DNA of 32,000 bases from Cupriavidus necator (GCF_016127575.1 NZ_CP066018.1:2640001-2672000), one strand, 5' to 3'; counted from the first letter of the stretch, positions 22,049 to 31,299 are shown. Program-made: numbers and translations. The notes: generated by a model from the letters alone, not told the origin.

Positions 22049-24658
22049 ATGGCTCCTGACGAAGCACTGATCATGGAAATGCCGGTGAAAATGGCCCAGG
22101 GATTCACGCGGGAATTCTCTCAGGATCTGGCGCAGGAATTCGATGTGTTCCTGACGCCCGTGTCGCGCCCGGAGCTGGGCGAGATCCGCATCGACGAAGA
22201 CCTGTTCGCCGTCGGACGCAGCGAACTGCCGTTCGCCGCCTACCCCGAAGACCTGGCCGCACCGCTGTCGCGCCGGCATGCGCGCATCTTCGCCGAGCAT
22301 GGCGCGGTCTATGTGGCGGATCTCGGCAGCAAGAACGGCACGCGCGTGAACGGCGCGGCGGTGGCGCGCCAGCCGGCGCAGCTCAGCGATGGCGATGAGG
22401 TGGCCTTCGGGCCGGCGCTGTCGTTCCGGGTCCGGCTGTCGCCGCGCGCGGCGCAGCCCGAGCCGCCGCGGGTAGCGGTGACGTTGGTGCCCGAGCGCGG
22501 CGATGTCGGGCTGCAGCCGCTGCACGTGGACGGCTTCCCCTACCTGATCAGCAAGGCCGACGACGCCTTCGCGCGCTACCGCGACAGCTATCCGCAGCAG
22601 GTCAACTACCTGTCGCGGCGCCACGCGCACGTGTACCTCAAGGGTGGCGTGCCATTCGTTGAGGACCTGGGCAGCACCAACGGCACCTTCGTCAACGGCA
22701 AGCGCCTGGCCGACCACGGCGTGCCGCTGGACGACGGCGACCTGATCGCCTTTGGCGGCAACCACTTTGTCTACAAGGTGCAGGTCCAGCACACCGGCGA
22801 CGGCGATGCCACCGCGACGCATTCGATGCTGCAGCCAGTCGCTGCGCCCGACACGCCGCCCGCATCCCAGGCTTCGCCCGTGCGCGACGAGGATGACCGC
22901 ACTACCTTTGTCGGTGCCGCCGATTCCTTCCTCGACATCTTCTGCGTCGACTATGCCGCGCAGCAGGACGACGAGGTCAACGCCGAGGCCGAGGCACAGG
23001 CCGCGGCGGCCACGGCCGCGCACGACGGCGCGCAGGCACGCCGCAAGCGCGGGCGTGCCGCGCTGCTGCTGGCCGAAGGTGCCAGGCAGTTCGGCCTGAA
23101 CGATTCCGTACGCACGCGGCGCGCGGCGCGATGGGGCGGCGCGTTGCTGTTGCTCGCGCTGCTGGCGGGGGCGGCCGTGTACTGGCGCGGTGCGCCGGAG
23201 CGCGAAGTGCAGGCGCTGTTTGCCGCAGGCGATCACGCGCGCGCGGCGCAGGCCGCCGACAACTACCTGGCGCGTCATCCCGGCGATGCCCAGGTGCAGG
23301 CCATCGGCACCGAGGCACTGATGCGTGCCGACGTGCCCGCTTTCGCCGCCAGGCTGAAGGCCGGTGATTTCAGCGGCGCCGATGCCGTGCTGGCCCGGAT
23401 GCGCAAGCTCAGCGCGCACAATGCCGATGCGCGGCCGCTGGTGGCGGAACTCGACTGGATCGGCCGGCTCGAACGCTTCACCGCGCAGCGCGGCGCCGAC
23501 ACGCCGATCCGCCTCTACACCGACGAGGCGCCGATCCGGCAACTGCTGGCGTACTGGAACCAGGACACCACCGCGCACCAGCGCGCGCTCGGGCGCATCG
23601 CGGCCGATGTGCCGGCGTTCCGCGATCTCTACGCCGATGCGCTCAGCGACGTGCGTCGCCTGCAGAACGACGCCTCGGTCTACCTGGCGGCGATCGACCG
23701 GCTGAACACCACCATTGCCGCCGAACTCGGCCGCGACCGCCCGGAGGCATTGCAGCCCGTCATCGCCGAGTACCGCGAGAAGTATCCGCGCCTGGCCGGG
23801 CTGGACCGCGTGCAGTCAGACCTGGACCGCTACACCGCGCTGATGCAGGCACTGCGCGCGCGCCGGCCCGGGCCGCTGGTGGCGCGCCTTGCCGACAGCC
23901 GCTTCGCCACGCCGCCGTTCCAGGCGCAGTTCAACCAACTGGCCGCGCGCCTGCCGCCGCCGGAGATGGTGCGCCAGTATGCCGGTGCGGCCAGGGCGTG
24001 GCAGCAGGGCGACAGCGCCGCAGCGCTCGCGGGGATCAAGCAGATCAGCGGCGGCCCCTGGGCCGAGGACCTGGCGCGCGACCTGTCGCACAAGCAGAAG
24101 GTGGCGGCGCAGTACGCCGAGCTGCAGTCCGCGCGCGGCAGCAAGGGCTATGAGGACCGGCTGCTGGGCTTCTACGCCATGCTCGATGCCGCCGATGACG
24201 GCCACTTCGCCAAGGCGGTCGAGGCCGACGTCAACGGCGTGCGCGACAGTGCCCTGCGGCGCGCGCGGGAACTGATGGGCAGCGCCGTCGCCGCATGGAA
24301 GCAATACCGCAGCAATGGCGTGATCGGCAGCGAGCAGCGGCTCGAGCCCGGCATCTCGCCCAGGTTCCGCGCGCAGGCCCGGTTGCTGTCGCAGGCACAG
24401 GATGACGCGCGCCAGGGCATGCGCATCTTCACGCAACTGCGCGCGGGCGAAAGCGCCGACCTGGCGCAACTCGCCAAGATCGAGGAAGAGATCCGCGCCG
24501 AGGCCGACCAGCAGCGGCACGCGCTGCGCGAGTTGCGCACCGTGCTCGATCCCGCCGTGCTCAAGACCAAGCTGGAGCTGATCGGCGGTGAAGACACCGG
24601 CAAGGCGCCGGAGCCGGCCGCGGCTGCCGCGGCGCCACAGCAAGCGGGGCAGCCATGA
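22049..24658 (+). CDS. Membrane-anchored double-FHA-domain protein with a large helical (TPR-like) periplasmic region
   Basis: Start ambiguous (ATG 22049, 22073, 22079 or 22091; 22091 has ggtga upstream). FHA1: VGRSELPF...LSRRHARIF...DLGSKNGTRVNG. FHA2: LISKADDAF...LSRRHAHVY...DLGSTNGTFVNG (G-R replaced by S-K). TM segment WGGALLLLALLAGAAVYW. The stop overlaps the HlyD ATG (ATGA, 24655-24658). Confidence 0.8.
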   Translation: MAPDEALIMEMPVKMAQGFTREFSQDLAQEFDVFLTPVSRPELGEIRIDEDLFAVGRSELPFAAYPEDLAAPLSRRHARIFAEHGAVYVADLGSKNGTRVNGAAVARQPAQLSDGDEVAFGPALSFRVRLSPRAAQPEPPRVAVTLVPERGDVGLQPLHVDGFPYLISKADDAFARYRDSYPQQVNYLSRRHAHVYLKGGVPFVEDLGSTNGTFVNGKRLADHGVPLDDGDLIAFGGNHFVYKVQVQHTGDGDATATHSMLQPVAAPDTPPASQASPVRDEDDRTTFVGAADSFLDIFCVDYAAQQDDEVNAEAEAQAAAATAAHDGAQARRKRGRAALLLAEGARQFGLNDSVRTRRAARWGGALLLLALLAGAAVYWRGAPEREVQALFAAGDHARAAQAADNYLARHPGDAQVQAIGTEALMRADVPAFAARLKAGDFSGADAVLARMRKLSAHNADARPLVAELDWIGRLERFTAQRGADTPIRLYTDEAPIRQLLAYWNQDTTAHQRALGRIAADVPAFRDLYADALSDVRRLQNDASVYLAAIDRLNTTIAAELGRDRPEALQPVIAEYREKYPRLAGLDRVQSDLDRYTALMQALRARRPGPLVARLADSRFATPPFQAQFNQLAARLPPPEMVRQYAGAARAWQQGDSAAALAGIKQISGGPWAEDLARDLSHKQKVAAQYAELQSARGSKGYEDRLLGFYAMLDAADDGHFAKAVEADVNGVRDSALRRARELMGSAVAAWKQYRSNGVIGSEQRLEPGISPRFRAQARLLSQAQDDARQGMRIFTQLRAGESADLAQLAKIEEEIRAEADQQRHALRELRTVLDPAVLKTKLELIGGEDTGKAPEPAAAAAAPQQAGQP

Positions 24659-26037
24659 AGGACGATGCCCGCCAGGGCGGCCTCAAGCCACTCTCCGAGG
24701 CGCTGGAAGACCACAGCGCCGAGGGCATCGGCCTGCTGAGTGCCGAGCCGTCGCGCCTGGGGCTGCTGACCATCGTCACGACTTTCACGCTGGTGTTGTG
24801 CGGGCTGGTGTGGTCCTTCGTCGGGCATGCCGATGTCATTGTCACGGCGCAGGGCACGCTGGCGCCGGAATCCGAGGTGCGCCGCTTCTATGCCCCGGTG
24901 GACGGCGAGCTGGCCGACCTCTACGTGGCCGAGGGGCAACCGGTGTCCAAGGACGACGTGCTGGCGCGCCTGAATGCGCGCGGCGCGATCGAGGCCGCGG
25001 CCAACGCGCTGGAAGCGCAGCTCAAGCTGGAAGACTCCGAGCGCGAATGGAAGCAGTTCCCCGACAAGAAGGCGCTGATGGAACGCCGCGCGGCGGCGCT
25101 CAAGCAGCAGATCGACGTGGCCACGCGCCAGCACGAGACCCGCATCGCCGAAGGCACCACGCGGCTTGCCGAACAGCAGCGCGCGCAGTTGCAGGAAGCG
25201 CGCAGCAACCTCGAGAACGCCCGGCGCGCGCGCGAATTCGCGCGCCAGGAGCAGGACCGATACGCGCGCCTGCTGGCGTTGCCGGGTGGCGGTGGCGTTT
25301 CGCAGTCGCAGGTGGATGCCAAGCGCGCCGCGGCGCAGGACGCGGAGAACAACCTGCGCGTGGCGCAGTCGCGGCTGACGGAGCTGGACGCACGCCTGGG
25401 CCGCGAGCTTACCCAGGCCAGTTCCCAGCTAGAAAGCAGCGGCCAGGACCTGGCCGGGCTGCGCGTGCAGTACGACGCGGCGCTGCGCGAGATCGCCAAC
25501 ACCGAGGACAAGCTGCGCCTGCAGGTGCAGACCGCGCGCCTGGTGGCGGACGCGGCAGCGCGCATCCGCTTCGAGAACATCGACAAGGACAACTTCCTGC
25601 TGATCCTGGCGCCGGTGTCGGGCGTGATCACCGATGTCACCTCCACCCAGCGCGGCGACAAGGTGCAGGCCAACACGCCGCTGGGCGGCATTGCCCCCAA
25701 GGATGCGCGCCCGGTGGTGAAGATCGTCATCGCCGAGCGTGACCGCGCTTTCCTGCGCGAGGGCCTGCCGGTCAAGCTCAAGTTCAGTGCCTTCCCGTAC
25801 CAGCGCTACGGGATCATCGAGGGCACGCTGGAATTCATCTCGCCCGCGACCAAGCCGGGCGGACCCGACAAGCAGCCGGTCTACGAGGGCCGCGTGCGGC
25901 TGGCGCGCGACTACTACGCGGTGGCCGACAACAAGTATCCGCTGCGTTACGGCATGACCGCCACGGCAGAGATCGTGGTGCGCGAACGCCGCCTGATCGA
26001 CCTGGGGCTTGACCCCTTCCGCGAGGTGGCCGGCTAG
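24655..26037 (+). CDS. HlyD-family membrane-fusion / periplasmic adaptor protein
   Basis: N-terminal TM (LGLLTIVTTFTLVLCGLVWSF), long coiled-coil (residues ~110-300), C-terminal beta-barrel motifs (ISPVSG-like APVSGVITDV, VKIVIAERD, LKFSAFPYQRYG, GMTATAEI). Confidence 0.85.
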   Translation: MKDDARQGGLKPLSEALEDHSAEGIGLLSAEPSRLGLLTIVTTFTLVLCGLVWSFVGHADVIVTAQGTLAPESEVRRFYAPVDGELADLYVAEGQPVSKDDVLARLNARGAIEAAANALEAQLKLEDSEREWKQFPDKKALMERRAAALKQQIDVATRQHETRIAEGTTRLAEQQRAQLQEARSNLENARRAREFARQEQDRYARLLALPGGGGVSQSQVDAKRAAAQDAENNLRVAQSRLTELDARLGRELTQASSQLESSGQDLAGLRVQYDAALREIANTEDKLRLQVQTARLVADAAARIRFENIDKDNFLLILAPVSGVITDVTSTQRGDKVQANTPLGGIAPKDARPVVKIVIAERDRAFLREGLPVKLKFSAFPYQRYGIIEGTLEFISPATKPGGPDKQPVYEGRVRLARDYYAVADNKYPLRYGMTATAEIVVRERRLIDLGLDPFREVAG

Positions 26038-26114
26038 CGCAGCGGGGAGAGACTGGCGCAGAACATCGGGACAGCCCGGCGCGTAACCGCGCGGGCGTCA
26101 AAGGAGCCGAGAAA

Positions 26115-26867
26115 ATGACTGGTATTGTGCGTATCGACGACGAGGTGCTTGGCTTCGAGGAGTTCGTGCGCTTGCTCAAGCTGACCGGACAGTTCGAAGG
26201 GCTGGTCGAGCAGATGGTGCGCGACAAGCTGACCGTGCACGCGGCAAAGCGGCAGGGCGTGGTGGTCACGCCGGAGGAGATCCAGGAACGCGCGGACCAG
26301 TTCCGCCGCGTGCAGGGCCTGCATCGCGCCGCAGACATGAATCACTACCTGGATGCGCTGAACATCAGCCTGGACGAATTCGAGGCCTTTGTCACCGACA
26401 GCCTGTACCAGGAGCGGATGATGGAGCAGGTGTGCAGCGAGGCCGCGGTGCAGGCGTACTTTGCGCTCAACTCGCCGCGCTTCGACAGCATCGAGGTCAG
26501 CCATATCGTGGTCGACAGCGAGGGCAAGGCCAAGGAGCTGATCTCGTACCTGCAGGATGATCCCGATGCCTTTGCCGAGATGGCGCGCGAGCATTCCATC
26601 GCCGACACGCGCGAGCGCGGAGGCGAGATCGGCAAGGTGCTGCGCGGCTCGCTCAAGACCGATATCGAGGCCAAGGTGTTCAATGCCGAGCCTGGCGACC
26701 TGCTGGGACCGTTCCCGTCGGCTGACCGTTCCTTCTTCGAAGTCTTCCTGGTGCGCGAAAAACACCCGGCCACCCTCGATAGCGAGGTGGCGGTGGAAGT
26801 GCGCCGCCTGCTGCGCGAAGACTGGCTGATGGCCAGGGCGCAGGAACATGTCATCGAAGCCCGCTAG
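26115..26867 (+). CDS. Cytoplasmic PpiC/parvulin-type peptidyl-prolyl cis-trans isomerase
   Basis: No signal peptide (MTGIVRIDDEVLGFEEF...). Rotamase domain SHIVVDSEGKAKELISYLQDDPDAFAEMAREHSIADTRERGGEIGKVLRGSL...EPGDLLGPFPSADRSFFEVFLV. The 3' end overlaps the ABC gene start by 20 nt. Confidence 0.8.
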   Translation: MTGIVRIDDEVLGFEEFVRLLKLTGQFEGLVEQMVRDKLTVHAAKRQGVVVTPEEIQERADQFRRVQGLHRAADMNHYLDALNISLDEFEAFVTDSLYQERMMEQVCSEAAVQAYFALNSPRFDSIEVSHIVVDSEGKAKELISYLQDDPDAFAEMAREHSIADTRERGGEIGKVLRGSLKTDIEAKVFNAEPGDLLGPFPSADRSFFEVFLVREKHPATLDSEVAVEVRRLLREDWLMARAQEHVIEAR

Positions 26868-29800
26868 CGCGAGCGGCGAGCCCGCCGCCCCGCCTGCCCC
26901 GGACCAGCCGGAGGCAGGATCGGCGCTGGCCGCCTTCCTCGCCACCGTCGAGATCCTGTCGGTGCTGGTGCCGGAGGAGCTGGCACGCCTGGCGGAAGCC
27001 GCGCAGGTGCTGACCTTCGGCTTTGGCGACACCGTCTGCAATGCCGGCGAAGCGGCGCCGGGCCTGTTTATCGTCAAGTCCGGCTCGGTGCGCGTGTTCA
27101 ACGAGGAGCACGGCAAGGAAATCAGCATGGGCGTGCGCAAGGCCGGCGAGGTCTTTGCCGATATCGCGCTGCTGCGCGACTACCGGCATGAGTCGTCGGT
27201 GCGCGCCTCGGGCAAGACCGAACTGCTGCTGATCCCGCGCAGCGTGGGCGAGCCGGTGGTGGCCGGCAACCCGGCGGCGCTTGCGTTTATCACCAGCTAT
27301 GTCGCGATCAGCTCGGCCGGCGGCTTTGTCGCGCGGCTGTTCGACCTGCGCGGCAAGCTCGACAAGCAGGAGCTGGAAGACGCCGTGCGCAGCGTCGGCG
27401 TCAAGCGCGTGGCGGCCGGCAAGGAGATCCTGAAGCAGGACGGCCGCGAAGACCGGCGCCTGTACGTGGTGCGCCAGGGCACGGTGCGCATCGTGCGCAG
27501 CGAAGAGGGCAGCGAGTACCCGCTGGCGACGCTGGGGCAGGGCGACATCTTCGGCGAGCGCGCCTGCGTGATGCGGCAGGAGCAGCTGGCCTCGGCCATT
27601 GCCGATACCGACGTGCGCCTGCTGGTGATTCCCGAGAAGACGGTGCAGCTGATTTTGGAGCGCAACCCGCGCCTGCGCGAGGTGCTGGAAGAGCGCATCC
27701 GCGTGCTGGACCGCGAGTTGCATCGGCAGAAGAAGCTGGCCGAACGGCGCAAGCGCCCGGTGCTGCTGGACCTGCATTCAAAGCCCGAGCTCGGCGAAAA
27801 GCTGATCCGCCGCTTCGCGCTGGTGGAGCAGGCCGAGGAGATGGATTGCGGCGCGGCCTGCCTGGCGATGATCTGCCGGCACTACGGCATCCCGATGACG
27901 CTGGGCAAGCTGCGCGAACTGGCCAATGTGACCACCCAGGGCGCCACGCTCGACAGCCTGGCGCGCGCCGGCGAAGCGCTCGGCTTCACCACGCGCGGGG
28001 TGCAGTGCACGCGGGATTCGCTGATGGGGTTCGAGCTTCCCTTCATCGTGCACTGGGAGGGGTACCACTACGTGGTGGTGTACGGGATCTCGTCGCGCTG
28101 GGTGTGGGTGGCCGACCCGGCCATCGGCTTCCGCAAGATGAGCGCCGAGGAGTTCGAGCGCGGCTGGAGCGGCACCTGCCTGCTGTTCACGCCGGGCGAG
28201 AGCATGACCCAGCTGTCGGTGTCGCGCTCGCCGTGGCTGCGCTTTATCGGCTACCTGGCGCCGTACAAGAGGATCCTGGCGCACCTGTTTCTGGCCACCT
28301 TCGTGATCCAGATGCTGGGGGTGGTCCCGCCGCTGATTATCCAGAACATCCTGGACGGCGTGGTGGTGCACCAGAACGTGGGGCTGCTGAACCTGCTGAT
28401 CGCGGGGCTGATCATCTCCAACGTGTTCTCGCAGCTGATGTCTACGATTCGCGCGTATCTGGCCAACTTCATGGTGCGCAACATGGATTTCGCCATGATG
28501 TCGCACTTCTTCAAGCACACGCTGTCGCTGCCGCTGTCGTTCTTTGCCAAGCGCAAGACCGGGGACATCTTCGCGCGCTTCCAGGAGAACCAGACCATCC
28601 GCGCCTTCCTGACCGAGTCGACCGTGACCACGGCGCTGAACCTGCTGATGGTGTTTATCTACTTCACCATCATGTTTCTCTACAACGTCAAGCTGACGCT
28701 GCTGCTGATCGCCTTCGTGATCCCGATCGCGGCGCTGACGGTGGTGGTGACGCCCAAGGTCAAGACCTATGCGCGCGAGGTGTTCGCGGCATCGACCGAT
28801 GCCAAGGCCTACCTGATGGAAACGCTGGGCGGCGCCGAGACCGTCAAGGGCATGGGCATCGAGCGCCCGGTGCGGCTGCGCTGGGAGCGCAAGTACGCCA
28901 AGGCGCTGGACGCGCAATACCGGGCACAGGCCTTCCACATCCTGGTGGGGCTGGTGAGCCAGCTGCTCAACGCCGCCACCACCATCGCGGTGCTGTGGGT
29001 GGGCGCGACGCTGGTGCTGGAGCGCGAGCTCACCATCGGCCAGCTGATCGCCTTCAATGCCTTCATGGGCAGCGTGCTGGCGCCGCTGATGGGGCTGGTG
29101 GCGTTGTGGGGCCAGCTCAACGATGCCGGCGTGGCGATGGAGCGCCTGGGCGACGTGCTCGACCTGGAGCCCGAGCAGAAGCCGCAGGACGTGCTGTCGC
29201 GCGTGATGCTGCCCGACCTGCAGGGCGAGATCGTGATGAAGGACCTGTACTTCCGCTACGGCGGCGAAGACACGCCCTATGTGCTGGAGAACATCAGCTT
29301 CGCCATCCGCCCTGGCGAGATGGTGGCCATCGTCGGGCGCAGCGGCTCAGGCAAGACTACGCTGGCCAAGCTGCTGGTGGGCTTCTACAAGCCTACCGAG
29401 GGCTCGATGACAGTGGACGGCTATGACCTGAACGTGATCGACGCGGCGTTCTACCGCGCGCAGGTGGGCTACGTGATGCAGTCCAACCTGCTGTTCTCGG
29501 GGACCATTGCCGAGAACATCGCCTGCGGCGACGACAGCCCGGACCGGCGCCGCATCGAGGAGGTGGCGCGCATGGCCGATGCCCACGCCTTTATCAGCAA
29601 GCTGCCGCTGGGCTACGAGCAGGTGGTGGGCGAGCGTGGTATCGGGCTTTCCGGCGGGCAGATCCAGCGCCTGTGCATTGCCCGCGCGCTGTACCACGAC
29701 CCGCGCCTGCTGGTGTTCGACGAGGCCACCTCGGCGCTCGACACGCAGTCAGAGAGCAACATCCTGGCGAATATGCAGGAGATCCTGCGCGGGCGCACCG

Positions 29801-29958
29801 CGGTCATCATCGCGCACCGGCTCAGCACCATCATGCAGGCCGATAAGATCCTGGTGCTGTATGAAGGCGCCATCGTCGAGCAGGGCCGGCATGAGGAGCT
29901 GATCGAGCGCAAGGGCATGTATTTCCAACTGGTGCAGAAGCAACTGAGCGCAGCATGA
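26848..29958 (+). CDS. Peptidase-containing ABC transporter (PCAT): 2 x cNMP-binding-like domains + C39 Cys-peptidase + 6-TM ABC domain + NBD
   Basis: 1036 aa. CNB-like 1 is about aa 30-140 and CNB-like 2 about aa 160-285. C39 domain: EEMDC(334)GAACLAMICRHYG, HWEGYHYVVVYG, WVADP (Cys/His/Asp present). NBD: GRSGSGKTT, LSGGQIQRLCIARAL, LLVFDEATSALD, IIAHRLS. Confidence 0.92.
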   Translation: MSSKPASASGEPAAPPAPDQPEAGSALAAFLATVEILSVLVPEELARLAEAAQVLTFGFGDTVCNAGEAAPGLFIVKSGSVRVFNEEHGKEISMGVRKAGEVFADIALLRDYRHESSVRASGKTELLLIPRSVGEPVVAGNPAALAFITSYVAISSAGGFVARLFDLRGKLDKQELEDAVRSVGVKRVAAGKEILKQDGREDRRLYVVRQGTVRIVRSEEGSEYPLATLGQGDIFGERACVMRQEQLASAIADTDVRLLVIPEKTVQLILERNPRLREVLEERIRVLDRELHRQKKLAERRKRPVLLDLHSKPELGEKLIRRFALVEQAEEMDCGAACLAMICRHYGIPMTLGKLRELANVTTQGATLDSLARAGEALGFTTRGVQCTRDSLMGFELPFIVHWEGYHYVVVYGISSRWVWVADPAIGFRKMSAEEFERGWSGTCLLFTPGESMTQLSVSRSPWLRFIGYLAPYKRILAHLFLATFVIQMLGVVPPLIIQNILDGVVVHQNVGLLNLLIAGLIISNVFSQLMSTIRAYLANFMVRNMDFAMMSHFFKHTLSLPLSFFAKRKTGDIFARFQENQTIRAFLTESTVTTALNLLMVFIYFTIMFLYNVKLTLLLIAFVIPIAALTVVVTPKVKTYAREVFAASTDAKAYLMETLGGAETVKGMGIERPVRLRWERKYAKALDAQYRAQAFHILVGLVSQLLNAATTIAVLWVGATLVLERELTIGQLIAFNAFMGSVLAPLMGLVALWGQLNDAGVAMERLGDVLDLEPEQKPQDVLSRVMLPDLQGEIVMKDLYFRYGGEDTPYVLENISFAIRPGEMVAIVGRSGSGKTTLAKLLVGFYKPTEGSMTVDGYDLNVIDAAFYRAQVGYVMQSNLLFSGTIAENIACGDDSPDRRRIEEVARMADAHAFISKLPLGYEQVVGERGIGLSGGQIQRLCIARALYHDPRLLVFDEATSALDTQSESNILANMQEILRGRTAVIIAHRLSTIMQADKILVLYEGAIVEQGRHEELIERKGMYFQLVQKQLSAA

Positions 29959-31271
29959 AGCTATACAACCAGGGAGCCACCCCCGCCTCGGTCACGTCCC
30001 CGGTGTCGTTCGCCGGGCTGATCGAGAAGATCGAGATCCTGCGTTCCACGCTGCGCTGGTCGTCGCGGCTTGACCGGCCGGAGATCGAGAAGCTGCTCAA
30101 GCAGGTCACCACGCTGCGCGACGAGGTGATGGGGCTGTCGCACAAGGAGCGCTTCGTGCAGGCCGCGTCGGCCGAGGCGGCCCCGCCGCAGGAAGAAGTC
30201 GAGCGCATGCCGCGCGCGCGCCGGCAGGCACTGGTTGAGCGCAGCTTTATTTTCGAAGGGACCTTCGGCGACAACCCCAAGTTGCTGGAGGCACTGGAGA
30301 TTGCCGAGAAGGCGGCGCCGACCGACCTGCCGGTGCTGATCGATGGAGAGAGCGGCACCGGCAAGGAGCTGATGGCCAAGGTGATCCATGCCAATGGCTC
30401 ACGCACCGACAAGCCGTTTATCTCGGTCAACTGCGGCGCCATCCCCGACAGCCTGCTTGAATCCGAGCTGTTCGGCCACAAGAAGGGCGCCTTCACCGGC
30501 GCCAGCAATGACCGCCGCGGCAAGTTCGAGAGCGCGCATACCGGCACCATCTTCCTGGACGAGATCGGCGAGCTGCCGCTGACCGGGCAGGTCAAGCTGC
30601 TGCGCGTGCTGGAGGCGCACGAGATCCAGCGCGTGGGCTCGGACGAGGCGATCTCGGTCGATACGCGCATCGTCGCGGCGACCAACAAGGACCTGCGCCG
30701 CATGAGCCAGGCCGGCACCTTCCGCGAAGACCTGTTCTATCGCCTGAGCGTGATCCACGTCAGCCTGCCGTCGCTGCGCGAGCGGCGCGACGAGATCCCG
30801 CTGCTGGTGTCGTACTTCAGTGACGAGGCCGCCGGCATGCTCAAGCGCCGGCCACTCAAGCTGACGCCGCGGCTGCGCGACTTCCTGCTGCACTACGACT
30901 ACCCGGGCAATATCCGCGAACTGCGCAACCTGATGTACCGGCTGAGCTGCCTGGCCGGCGACACCGCCGACCTGGCCCAACTGCCGCAGGACATCCGCCC
31001 CAGGCCCGCCGCACTGGCGGTGGTGGGCAATGGCCCCGCCGCTGCCGACATTGCCATGGCGACGTCCCTCAGCGAAGCCAAGCGCGCCGCCAGCGACGAG
31101 GCCGAGCGGGCCTTCCTCGAACGGGGCTTGCAGGAGGTCGGCGGCACCGTCGCCGAACTGGCGCGGCGCTTCGACATGAACCGCTCGCACCTGCAGATGC
31201 TGCTGAAGAAGCACGGCATCCACTCGAAGGATTTCCGCGCCAACCGGCAGGCCGAAGGCGGCAAGGGGTAG
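29955..31271 (+). CDS. Sigma54-dependent enhancer-binding protein (bEBP) with a non-receiver ~115-aa N-terminal region and a Fis-type HTH
   Basis: GESGTGKELMAKVIH (Walker A), ESELFGHKKGAFTGA (GAFTGA loop), FLDEIGELP, RVGS, RIVAATN, FREDLFYRL, C-terminal GGTVAELARRFDMNRSHLQMLLKKHGI. The ATG overlaps the ABC stop (ATGA, 29955-29958). Confidence 0.9.
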   Translation: MKLYNQGATPASVTSPVSFAGLIEKIEILRSTLRWSSRLDRPEIEKLLKQVTTLRDEVMGLSHKERFVQAASAEAAPPQEEVERMPRARRQALVERSFIFEGTFGDNPKLLEALEIAEKAAPTDLPVLIDGESGTGKELMAKVIHANGSRTDKPFISVNCGAIPDSLLESELFGHKKGAFTGASNDRRGKFESAHTGTIFLDEIGELPLTGQVKLLRVLEAHEIQRVGSDEAISVDTRIVAATNKDLRRMSQAGTFREDLFYRLSVIHVSLPSLRERRDEIPLLVSYFSDEAAGMLKRRPLKLTPRLRDFLLHYDYPGNIRELRNLMYRLSCLAGDTADLAQLPQDIRPRPAALAVVGNGPAAADIAMATSLSEAKRAASDEAERAFLERGLQEVGGTVAELARRFDMNRSHLQMLLKKHGIHSKDFRANRQAEGGKG

Positions 31272-31299
31272 GGCGGCGAGGCCGCCGGCGGTCGTGCCT

